Shown: positions 1 to 11,701 of the stretch, piece by piece
Layout: the number at the start of each line of letters is the position of its first letter
How positions within the stretch are numbered: the first letter of the stretch is position 1
Notes under the pieces: model-generated
The model's input: only the letters and a program-made list of their open reading frames with translations
The model's database searches: none
Told to the model about the DNA's origin: nothing
Made by a program: the position numbers and the translations under genes
NCBI RefSeq assembly: GCF_902652985.1
Contig: NC_047020.1
Span: 12,028,001-12,092,000 of the forward strand
Direction of reading: 5' to 3'
Source: Pecten maximus
Lineage: Eukaryota
DNA: 64,000 nt

Positions 1-36
1 TGCCAACTGGACAAAGGCAAATTTAATGAAGCGCGC

Positions 37-2037
37 TAGGGAGTATGTATCACCCGATCTACTGAAATGTATACAGTAAGAGTAGGGAATATATATTATC
101 TGATCTACTGAAATGTTAACAATAAGATTAAGGAGTATATATCACCTGATCTACTGAAATGTATACCGTAAGAGTAGGGAATATATATTATCTGATCTAC
201 TGAAATGTTAACAATAAGAGTAGGGAGTATATATCACATGATCAACTGAAATGTTAACAGTAAGAGTAGGGGGTATATATCCCTTGATCTACTGAAATGT
301 TAACAGTAAGAGTAGGGAGTATATATTACCTGATCTACTGTAATGTCAACAGTAAGAGTAGGGAGTATATATCACATGATCAACTGAAATGTTAACAGTA
401 ACAGTAGGGAGTATATATCACCTGATCTACTGTAATGTCAACAGTAAGAGTAGGGGGTATATATCCCTTGATCTACTGAAATGTATATAGTAAGAGTAGG
501 GAGTATATATCACATGATCAACTGTAATGTCAACAGTAAGAGTAGGGGGTATATATCCCTTGATCTACTGAAATGTATACAGTATGAGTGGGGAGTATAT
601 ATCACCTGACCTACTGTAATGTATACAGTAAGATTAAGGAGTATATATCACCTGATCTACTGAAATGTATATCGTAAGAGTAGGGAATATATATTATCTG
701 ATCTACTGAAATGTTAACAGTAAGATTTTGGAGTATATAGCACCTGATCTACTGTAATGTTAACAGTAATAGTAGGAAGTGTATATATCCCTTGATCTAC
801 TGAAATGTTAACAGTAATAGTAGGAAGTGTATATATCACCTGATATACGGAAATGTTAACAGTAAGAATAGGGAGTATATATCACTTGATCTACTGAAAT
901 TTTAACAGTAAGAGTAGGGAGTAAATATCACATGATCTACTGAAATGTATACAGTAAGAGTAGGGAGTATACATCACCAGATCTACTGAAATGTATACAG
1001 TAAGATTAAGGAGTATATATCACCTGATCTACTGAAATGTATACCGTAAGAGTAGGGAATATATATTATCTGATCTACTGAAATGTTAACAATAAGAGTA
1101 GGGAGTATATATCCCATGATCTACTCAAATGTATACAGTAAGAGTAGGGAGTATACATCACCAGATCTACTGAAAGGTATTCTGTAAGAGTAGGGATTTT
1201 ATATCATCTGTCTACTGAAATTTCTACAGCAAGAGTAGACAGCTACTGAAATGTTTACAGTAAGAGTAGGGAGCTACTGAAATGTATACAGTAATAGATT
1301 ATATCACCTGATCTACTGAAATGTCTACAGTAACAGTAGGGAGTATATATCACCTGATCTATTGAAATGTATTCAGTAAGAGTAGGGGTTTTATATCATC
1401 TGTCTACAGAAATGTCTACAGTAAGAGTAGGGAGTATATATTACTTGATCTATTGAAATGTATAAAGTAAGATTAGGGAGTATATATCACCTGATCTACT
1501 GAAATGTATACCGTAAGAGTAGGGAATATAAAGTAAGATTAGGGAATATACATTACTTGATCTACTGAAATGTTAACAATAAGAGTAGGGAGTATATACT
1601 ATCTCCTGATATGTATACAGTAAGAGTAGGGATTTCATATCATCTATGTATTGACATTTCTACAGTAAGAGTAGGCAGCTACTGAAATGTTTACAGTAAG
1701 AGTAGGGAGCTACTGAAATGTATACAGTTATAGTTTATATCACCTGATCTACTAGAATGTTTTCAGTAAGAGTAGAGAGTATATATTACTTGATCTACTG
1801 AAATGTATACAGTAAGATTAAGAAATATATATCATCTGATCTACTGTAATGTATACCCGTAAGAGTAGGGAGTATATATATCACCTGATCTCCTGATATG
1901 TATACAGTAAAAGTAGGGAGTATATATACCACCTGATCAACTGTAATGTTGACAGTAAGAGTAGGGAGTATATATTATGTAATCTACTGAAATGTATAGA
2001 GTAAGAGTAGAGAGTATACATTATATATCACCTGATC
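37..2037 (+). repeat. ~44-bp minisatellite (AGTAAGAGTAGGGAGTATATATCACCTGATCTACTGAAATGTATAC)
   Basis: About 45 diverged tandem units. Confidence 0.95.
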
Positions 2038-2595
2038 ATCTATGGCAAATCACAATTTCAGAAATAATAAAACCAATTCATATGGACAGCTGATAACTTT
2101 TTGATAACCTTACAAAATTGCCGGAATTTCCCCTGGCCCTGGCACCATCGTCATGGCTACTTACAAAATAGAGATTTAATCCTCTTTCTCATACATGTTT
2201 AACCTGAAGGGTATAAGGTGATAAAGTCTCTTAACTAGCTCAGACTAGCGGGACATTCCTTTTAGTCTAGTGTATGACGAGAGCGAAAGATTGCCAGTTC
2301 GAGCCCCAGTAAGGGCAGGTTATTTTTCATGACTCTTTCCTATTGCACATGAATACCATTGACTTGAGCTTGATATTGAATTGTATGAGGCGTAATAATA
2401 CATATAAAATGGGTTTCTTATATAGGTGTATTAGGTCTACCTGATTACTCAACCAGGGGGTCTTCTGATTACTCATGATCGAGCTAGCCCAAGACTTACA
2501 CACATCTCAGATACTGTATGCACATCAGATAAAACAAAGATCTATTATGTGCGAGTATGTGTGAATTATGGAAGATTCCATATAGATCTACTTAC

Positions 2596-2647
2596 CAATG
2601 ACGAAGAAGATACACAAGACAAGGAGAGAAAGGAGCCTTTTTTCCAT
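2596..2647 (-). CDS. Probable first coding exon (signal peptide MEKRLLSLLVLCIFFVI) of a gene running off the left edge
   Basis: ATG, basic N-region, 13 mostly hydrophobic residues, then a G|GTAAG phase-1 donor. No second exon was identified in 1-2595. Confidence 0.6.
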
Positions 2648-3411
2648 TCTTATCGCCCACCGTTCGTAAAGAATGAACCCGGAAATTAATTAGAAGTGAT
2701 TAACCACAGTTATCTTCCCTTAGCAAAGAGGTCTAATTGGCATGCCTACATTTTTTGTTATTTGAAAAAGACACTTGCCGTGAGCACGCAGAGAAAAGGA
2801 AAATAAACATTAAGGAAGACGGATTTTAGTCTTCAATGATATGATACAGTTTTACATTTTTGCATTGACCAAAAGGCATAGTTACATTTTATTTTAGAAT
2901 GAACTACTTAATTATTGGACTTAAAAGTTTAGCGTATCTTAATTGTAAATTATACAATGTATTTTTATTTTGAAAAACAGTTTGTGATAAATACCTTTTT
3001 AACTTACATGTCCATTTTCTGCAGTTGGTAGAATTTGAAAACAGGGGATACAAAAGAGAATGTACAGCATGTGGGACGTGTAGCTTTACACACACATTGA
3101 AAGAGTGATAACTGACTTGTGTGCTTTATAGAGGGCCATAGTGTCATCATATGGGGATTTCTCCGAAACGTTTTCTGAACTGGAACTTTATTTTATCTTC
3201 TCTCACCTGGATATATATTAACATTTAACAGATCACCAATAAGACAATATAACATTTCCTGTTAAAATTCAGTGATTATTGTGCAGTAAGCATTTAAAAA
3301 CAATCATTAATTTCACCTACAAAAGACATTTATGAAATAAATGGTCAACTTAAAGTTTGAATTAAATGTCTGTATTGTTTATATGATAGAACATACCTAG
3401 CATTTGATATA

Positions 3412-4047
3412 CCGTGAAACCTCTCTACGGTTAGTTTGACCACAGGCTACCAGTCGCAATTACGGGGCCAGTTAACGTTAATTAGTCAAGAGTCAAGAGT
3501 TAAGAAATTTCATTTAACGTCGCATATTATACAAGCCAATATTAGCACTGTAGTGCTATTCTTGCGAAAAACATAAGTAAAGTCAACATGATCACAGTAC
3601 ATGCATCAATTGTAACAAATTTAAATTATAGTTATATCACAGTTTCATATTAATACTAAAGTAATAGTTTAATAATGGACTCTTGTAACTCTCACAAGAG
3701 AGGCTAAAGAATAAATTAAAACACTATCAAAGTGTAATGTACTTATATACTAACATAGCACACAATAAAAAAATTGACATAGTATACACTAATATAGTGT
3801 GTGTTAAAAGAGACTAGGCCTGTCTGTCAGAAAAAATTAAAGCTGAAATTTATAAGTTTATTACATAAAATTTTGTTTGTGGTCTTTGGGACTGTCAGAA
3901 GTGGTCGTAATACGGAATAGCAGAGTGGTTTTAATACTGAAGGGACCAATACAAATACATATAGGAGAAAATAGCGGGACAGAAAAAAACCCTGTAATAT
4001 CGGGGTGGTCGTAATTGTGAGGTGGTTTGTTATGTGAGGTTTTACTG
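3412..4047. mobile_element. Degenerate Tc1/pogo-type MITE
   Basis: TA-flanked ends CCGTGAAACCTC ... GAGGTTTTACTG; GGTCGTAAT-type subterminal repeats near the right end. Confidence 0.45.
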
Positions 4048-4194
4048 TATTTTCAGTAAAAAAAATGTATCATCACACAATATCCTTATATCTTTTACTT
4101 GTTTTAGATTCAAGTTAAATGATGTCCCAATATATTAAGTAAAAGGTTAAGGAAGTACTATAAATGAAAGTTAAACTTGATGTTTTCTTGACAG

Positions 4195-4693
4195 GTTCTC
4201 TGGCGGAAAGCCATTGCAGATCATGAGTGGGGGAAGTCAAAAGCAGGGTCAGAACATTCAAGTGGTGAGGACTGTTCTGGGCCAGCAGGGTTGGCTTTAG
4301 CAGACAACTATCCCCATCTCCCAGCCCCAGATCCCTGATAACCAGGCCACTCAGGCCATAGTACTGCCCTCGGGACAGATCATACCTTACCCAGCCAAGG
4401 CCCAAGACAAGGGCTCACAGAAGGGCAAGGGTCAGTCTGGTGCTGTATATGCCCGTTTAATAGCCCCTCCCCCTGGACTGAAACTTGCTGGCGACCAGGG
4501 GATTCCCGCCCAGGGTGTCGGAATGTTACTACAGACTGTTAACAAATTCAACATGGTACAAGCGGCAGGTCGTGGGTCAGTCTCCATGACCCCTGTTGGG
4601 GACACTAGTCCACGCACTTTGGCAGCCACTGCCTTTTCATCCAAAAGTACTCGCCTTTTCCAATTCTTCTTCAAAATTTTAACTGGTGCTTAG
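4195..4693 (+). pseudogene. Orphan GC-rich exon-like frame encoding a Q/G/P-rich peptide, with one in-frame TAG
   Basis: Acceptor ttttcttgacag at 4183-4194; 165-codon frame FSGGKPLQIM...VYARLIAPPPGLKL... broken only by TAG at 4298-4300; AATAAA near 4762. Confidence 0.55.
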
Positions 4694-5614
4694 TTTATAA
4701 CTGAATATTTTCAAGGCTGTGTTTGTGCCTCCTAATATCTAATACAAAACTATTGAATTCAAATAAAATTCTGAAGAATTTTAAGGCATAAAGTTCTGAC
4801 AGGCTTTATCTACTAAAAAGTTACATTTTAAAAGTTAACAAATAATTCATTTTACATGTACTTATTATCGGTAATTAGTATAAACAAAGAAATGTGTTTT
4901 TTTCTCAATTAATTTATAAATACATTGATTTGTGCTGATGGCTATAGAACGAATCAATACATTGTACATGTACTTTACAATTCACACATATCTTGTTTTT
5001 AATTTTAGAATGTTGTAGCATTAATTCACAATCTTTGATGTAGTGATACCATCCCTGGTTGAAATATTCAGAGTTATGAATACAAATTGTGATACCTTTT
5101 ATAATTTTTATCATATAATTGGCATGGAGAGGCCATTAAAATGAACTCATTATCACTTTATATTTAGTAATTTACTCAATATGTACAGAAATTATCCTAC
5201 AATAGCCTTTCTAAAGAAAAAAAAATGATAAGATATTTCAAAGTTGTAGGAATAACAAATGAAAAACTTTTCTCAGACAACATAGTAGATGTAGTGTTTG
5301 GATTTTACACAAGTATCACATTGGAATAATGTCTGGGGCCCAGTAAAATTTTGGTCGAGAGCATAACTAGAGACAATGGAATCTATGTTGGACAAGTTCA
5401 ATCAAAAACTACAGTAACTATGGTCTAACTTGAGAAGGTACAAACTCAATTTGGTTACATGTGAATTTGTAAAGGAAGTTGATATGATGCTCATTCCTAG
5501 AAGACTATGGCTCAATGAACAGTTTTCCTTTGGTCTAACCACAGCAACGAGACATCATCTGCACATGTATCATCACCCACATTATGCATTTATAATTATG
5601 ATTGATGGAACAAC

Positions 5615-7350
5615 ATGACTATAGTAAAAGATAGTTGGAACAGTCTGACTATAGTTAATGATAGATGGAACTGTCTAACTATAGTTAATGATAGACGGAA
5701 CAGTCTGAATATAATTAATGATAGACGGAACTATCTAACTATAGTTAATGATAGACGGAACAGTCTGACTATAGTTAATGATAGACGGAACTGTCTAACT
5801 ATAGTTAATGATAGACGGAACAGTCTGACTATAGTTAATGATAGATGGAACAGTCTAACTATAGTTAACGATAGATGGAACAGTCTGACTATAGTTAATG
5901 ATAGATGGAACAGTCTGACTATAGTTAATGATAGACGGAACTGTCTAACTATAGTTAATGATAGCTGGAACTGTCTAACTATAGTTAATGATAGATGGAA
6001 CTGTCTAACTATAGTTAATGATAGCTGGAACTATCTAACTATAGTTAATGATAGATGGAACTGTCTAACTATAGTTAATGATAGATGGAACAGTCTAACT
6101 ATAGTTAACGATAGATGGAACAGTCTGACTATAGTTAATGATAGATGGAACAGTCTGACTATAGTTAATGATAGACGGAACTGTCTAACTATAGTTAATG
6201 ATAGCTGGAACTGTCTAACTATAGTTAATGATAGCTGGAACTGTCTAACTATAGTTAATGATAGATGGAACTGTCTAACTATAGTTAATGATAGCTGGAA
6301 CTATCTAACTATAGTTAATGATAGATGGAACTGTCTAACTATAGTTAATGATAGACGGAACAGTCTGAATATAATTAATGAGAGACGGAACTGTCTAACT
6401 ATAGTTAATGATAGATGGATCAGTCCAACTATAGTTAATGATAGCTGGAACTATCTAACTATAGTAAATAATAGATGGAACAGTCTAACTATAGTTAACG
6501 ATAGATGGAACAGTCTGACTATAGTTAATGATAGATGGAACTGTCTAACTATAGTTAATGATAGACGGAACAGTCTGAATATAATTAATGATGGACGGAA
6601 CTGTCTAACTATAGTTAATGATAGATGGAACTGTCCAACTATAGTTAATGATAGCTGGAACTATCTAACTATAGTAAATAATAGATGGAACAGTCTAACT
6701 ATAGTTAACGATAGATGGAACAGTCTGACTATAGTTAATGATAGATGGAACTGTCCAACTATAGTTAATGATAGCTGGAACTATCTAACTATAGTAAATA
6801 ATAGATGGAACAGTCTAACTATAGTTAACGATAGATGGAACAGTCTGACTATAGTTAATGATAGATGGAACTGTCTAACTATAGTTAATGATAGACGGAA
6901 CAGTCTGAATATAATTAATGATAGACGGAACTGTCTAACTATAGTTAATGATAGATGGAACTGTCCAACTATAGTTAATGATAGCTGGAACTATCTAACT
7001 ATAGTAAATAATAGATGGAACAGTCTAACTATAGTTAACGATAGATGGAACAGTCTGACTATAGTTAATGATAGATGGAACTGTCTAACTATAGTTAATG
7101 ATAGACGGAACAGTCTGAATATAATTAATGATAGACGGAACTGTCTAACTATAGTTAATGATAGATGGATCAGTCCAACTATAGTTAATGATAGCTGGAA
7201 CTATCTAACTATAGTAAATAATAGATGGAACAGTCTAACTATAGTTAACGATAGATGGAACAGTCTGACTATAGTTAATGATAGACGGAACTGTCTAACT
7301 ATAGTTAATGATAGATGGAACAGTCTAAGTATAGTTAATGATAGCTGGAA
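5615..7350 (+). repeat. 30-bp minisatellite (CTATAGTTAATGATAGATGGAACAGTCTAA), resuming at 7921-8050
   Basis: About 58 near-identical units with higher-order blocks; source of the 589-aa spurious ORF. Confidence 0.97.
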
Positions 7351-7399
7351 TTGTTATCGGACTCGCTATATAAATGGATATTAACCAAATTTGACTGTT

Positions 7400-7918
7400 T
7401 TCCTATAAAACATGCTACCCATGAACTGTTGCCCAGTCACATGATTTATCGTGAATGCTACCCAACTGTTGACCGATCAAGCGCTGCCCAATCGAACGCG
7501 TCTAATTACAAGCGTACAGATGACAGTGACTACACTACTTTTCGTCGACAGGTTTGTAAACATCGGTCGACTGTAAACATGACTTCTAGGTTTGAAGATA
7601 TAAACGATGACGAGCTTTTAAATCTCTTAGAGAACAGAGACTCAGCTAATACCAGGAATATCATCAAGGGCTCTGTGAGTTATTAAATCTTGAATTTCAG
7701 ACTGTTTTTTGTTGTTGTAATTTATTCACATCAATGGTCAGATAACAAAACAGTTGTTTCATGCCTCATCAGTCAACAGTCAAAGCAGTTTCCACCCGGT
7801 GTTGGTACTGACCAGGTGAACTGTTTCCTTCGGCCCCTGGGAAACAGTTCACCTGGTCAGTACCAACACCTCGTGAAAACAGTTTTGACTGTTGACTGAT
7901 GAGGCATGAAACAACTGT
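7400..7918 (+). mobile_element. Non-autonomous Crypton-like (DUF3504/tyrosine-recombinase family) fragment with a 169-bp terminal palindrome
   Basis: Peptide MTSRFEDINDDELLNLLENRDSANTRNIIKGSV (7579-7686) resembles Crypton/KIAA1958-type N-termini (from recall, not searched); near-perfect hairpin at 7750-7918. Confidence 0.5.
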
Positions 7919-8617
7919 AAACTGTCTAACTATAGTTAATGATAGATGGAACAGTCTGACTATAGTTAATGATAGAAGGAACAGTCTGACTATAGTAAAT
8001 GATAGATCGAACAGTCTAACTATAGTAAATAATATATGGAATATCTTGACTAAAGTTGTTAAATGATTGATGATCGGACTCGTTTAGTTTGTGGAATATT
8101 TCCATTTGGAAATAAGCATGGAACAACAATAGTATGATATTCTTACTCTGACTCCCAAAGGGATGAATGGCTCCCCGGTGCTATTCACCTAAACATATCC
8201 ATGCTATGTACTGTTTATATTTATCATGGAATACTAATTCATATGTAGTATAGTGCGTTCTTTGATATATTTATGCAAATTAATATTTTTATACATGTAC
8301 ATGTTTTATCAGTCCATGTTAGACAATCACATTTAGTATGTTGGGTTCCTTGTCTTTTTGGTCAAGACAATTATTTTTGAGTATAGTAAGCTAAAATGTG
8401 AGGTAAACTTTTAATGTCAACTTTGATTTGTAAATCTTAAGCATATACCTGTTATGTTCACATTGTTAATCAGTATGGTCAGTTGGATACTTGAAAATAA
8501 AACCTCCCCTTTTGAAGTAAAACTAGTACATTGGAATTGTTAGAAAAGATATCATGGGGCTTGATTTCAGAGGATAGAGAAAATATATCACGGGGCTCGA
8601 TTTCAGAGGATAGAGAC

Positions 8618-9483
8618 AGGGAGTATATATCACCTGATCTACTGTAATGTCAACAGTAAGAGTAGGGAGTATATATCACCTGATCTACTGTAATGTCAAC
8701 AGTAAGAGTAGGGAGTAAATATCACCTGATCTACTGAAATGTATACAGTAAGAGTAGGGAGTATATATCACCTGATCTACTGAAATGTATACAGTAAGAG
8801 TAGGGAGTATATATCACCTGATCTACTGTAATGTCAACAGTAAGAGTAGGGAGTATATATTACCTGATCTACTGAAATGTATACAGTAAGTGTATGGAGT
8901 ATATATATTAATTCATCTACTGTAATAGATACGTTAGAGTAGGGAGTATGTATCACCTGATCTAATGAAATGTATACAGTAAGAGTAGAGAGTAAATATC
9001 ACCTGATCTACTGTAATGAATACAGTAAGAGTAGGGAGTATATATTACCCGATTTACTGAAATGTATACAGTAAGAGTAGAGAGTATATATCATCTGATC
9101 TACTGAAATGTATACAGTAAGTGTATGGAGTATATATATTAATTGATCTACTGTAATATATACAGTAAGAGTAGGGAGTATGTATCACCTGATCTAATGA
9201 AATGTATACAGTAAGAGTAAGGGAGTATATATCACCTGATCTGCTGAAATGTATACAGTAAGAGCAGGGAGTATACATCACTTGATCTACTAAAATGTAT
9301 ACAGTAAGTGTAGGGAGTATATATATTACCTAATCTACTGAAATGTATACAGTAAGTGTATGGAGTATATATATATTAATTGATCTACTGTAATATATAC
9401 AGTAAGAGTAGGCAGTATATATCACCTGATCTACTGTAATGTATACAGTAAGAATAGAGAGTATACATTGTATATCACCTGAT
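8618..9483 (+). repeat. Second array of the same ~44-bp minisatellite
   Basis: Same unit, same orientation and same 3' flank as 37-2037. Confidence 0.95.
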
Positions 9484-9789
9484 CATCTATGGCAAATAAC
9501 AATATGACAAATAATAAAACCAATTTATATGGCCAGCTGATAACTTTTGGATTATCGTACCTCTGGTCCTGATACCATAGACATGGCTACTTACAATATA
9601 GAGGTTTAAAAAATTGATTTGATTGAAATGTATGTATAAATGCATACCGAAAGTCTAAGAAATTAGGTACCTCAACTCCTACAGGTCACCACCAGATAAT
9701 GGATCAAAGGAAAACAACTTTTTTTTTTGCAGCCTCATTATAGTTGTAAGTATTATGAACTATTCACACAACCTTCTGATGGTAGATTT

Positions 9790-10520
9790 CAACACCTTGT
9801 ATACACACTGGATCAACTTGAATGTCAGGGGAGATAACACTAACTCTAGAGAATACAAGTTTGTAGAATGCCCACAAGAAAACACGTTGTATCAGCATAT
9901 TGAAAAGCCAACAAGGTGAAACAGCCAACCAAAATATATTAGACTTGGTACTAACAAACAAAGAAAACATGAATAGAGAGATGGAAAGTCCCCTGGGGAA
10001 AAGTGACTCGAACCCAAATACATACAGACACCACTGTATATCTATTTACAGACGAAACGAACATGTATCAGATTATAAAGTCTGAAAAAAACAAGAAATC
10101 TTTACAGAAGACCTGCTTAGCATATCTCATTGAACAAGACTTGGCTGCTCAAATCTAATGAAGACAAGTATGACTTCATGTACATTGGAAAACTCAATAA
10201 AGAAAAAAAAACCTTCTAATATACTTAACAACACAACCCTTGTGGAAGTTGAAGAAGAAAAAGATTTTGGAGTTACTTTCGATAAAGAACTTACATTTTA
10301 TAAACATATCAGTAAACAGGTGCAAAATGCAACATCAATATAAAGCATGATTAGAACATTCACGTTTCTTGATTATAAACTATTCATCCCACTCTACGAA
10401 TCACTCGTAAGAACCCAGCACGAGTATGCCAGTGCTGTTTGGTAACCCTACACAATGGAACATGTTGAACAAAGGAAGACAACAAAACATCAACCTAATG
10501 CGTATCATGTCGTATCCAGA
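9790..10520 (+). mobile_element. Decayed LINE (CR1/L2-like) with endonuclease and RT C-terminal remnants
   Basis: ILDLVLTN...PLGKSD (end of APE domain), EEKDFGVTFDKELTFYKHI, and LYESLVRTQHEYASAVW*PY. Confidence 0.8.
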
Positions 10521-10737
10521 AGACACGGTGTCTACGGTGTCTGCTGTTAGTGGACATCGAGGAGCTAAAGACTAAGGCCCGTGGTATTATACTCCATGGT
10601 CAAAGTAGAAGACGACTAATCCTTGGCTCCTGCAAAATATGGTTTTTATGTGTCTGCGACAGTTGAATTTGGATTTGACTATGTCTGCAACAGTTGAATT
10701 TGGATGACCTCTCCTGTACTACTTCTCTGTACACCCG

Positions 10738-11345
10738 TTATTAGCATGATAATATATATCATGTCATTATCGATCTTTGATTTATTAGCGCGGTAATATA
10801 TATATTATGTCATAATAGATCTTTGATTTACAAAATGTATGAGCGTGCTACTACTAGTATATATATTGGGTCATATTTGATCTTTGACTTATTAGCTTGA
10901 TACTATATATATTATGTTATATATCATGTCATAATAGATCTTTGGCTTATTACCGTGATATTATTATGTCATAATAGATCTTAGCCGCGATAACGTAGCT
11001 CTGGACGACGGACGGACAATTTCTGACAGATGGTCGCCTGCAGGAAAGCAATGTAGTCAGGGTATGAATATTCGTTCTAAATAGCTCTTAGCCCGAGTTT
11101 TCTCAGGACCTGTCACCATGTCTGGTGCAGGGCCCCTACACCAGACATGGTGACCAGGCCAGAGAAAACTCGGGCTAAATAGATCTTTGCTTTATTAGCG
11201 TGATATTATATATGTTATGTCATAATAGAACTTTGATTTATCAGCGTGCTACTATATATATAATGCCATAATCGATCTTTGACTTATCAGCGTGCTACTA
11301 CTGTATATATTTTTTGTCATAATCGATCTTTGACTTATTGGTGTG
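10738..11345 (+). repeat. Degenerate ~45-bp AT-rich tandem repeat interrupted by two micro-elements
   Basis: Recurrent TTATTAGCGTG...ATGTCATAATAGATCTTTGA. Confidence 0.75.
11089..11177. mobile_element. 89-bp fold-back micro-element with a 9-bp target-site duplication
   Basis: TAGCCCGAGTTTTCTC ... GAGAAAACTCGGGCTA, flanked by AATAGCTCT and AATAGATCT. Confidence 0.75.
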
Positions 11346-11701
11346 CTGAACAACTTTGGCCTAGATCAGTCAATTACCATTCATTATTCATTACGCGTGT
11401 ATAATGTAAATTTGGCCTCTTCGTCCTTCCATGATTCTATGTTACAGATCCAATTATAAGCATACTACAGCGTACATTATACTGTATGATTCGATATGCC
11501 CAAGTAAGTTTTAATTTTGTCAGACCAGTCCCTCACCACAACCATTGTCCGCTCTTGGTACTATATGTTATTACTTAAAGTACATACAAATAAAGCGAAA
11601 ACATCGATCATTTAGTACAAATGACAATATTTTAATAATGGTGACTACAAATTAGACGTCATAATCAAACGTGAAAGTGTCACAGGAAGATGAGTGTTCT
11701 C

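Noticed and set aside
2165-2203. Candidate second exon for the signal-peptide gene (CAG ... GTAAGT, minus strand)
   Set aside because: Joining in phase 1 gives an immediate TAA.
2236-2345. tRNA-like boxes (TAGCTCAG, GTTCGAGCC)
   Set aside because: No complete cloverleaf could be built; at most a decayed SINE head.
5615-7384. 589-aa ORF of TIVNDRWNSL repeats
   Set aside because: Translation of a 30-bp minisatellite, with no unique domain or splice context.
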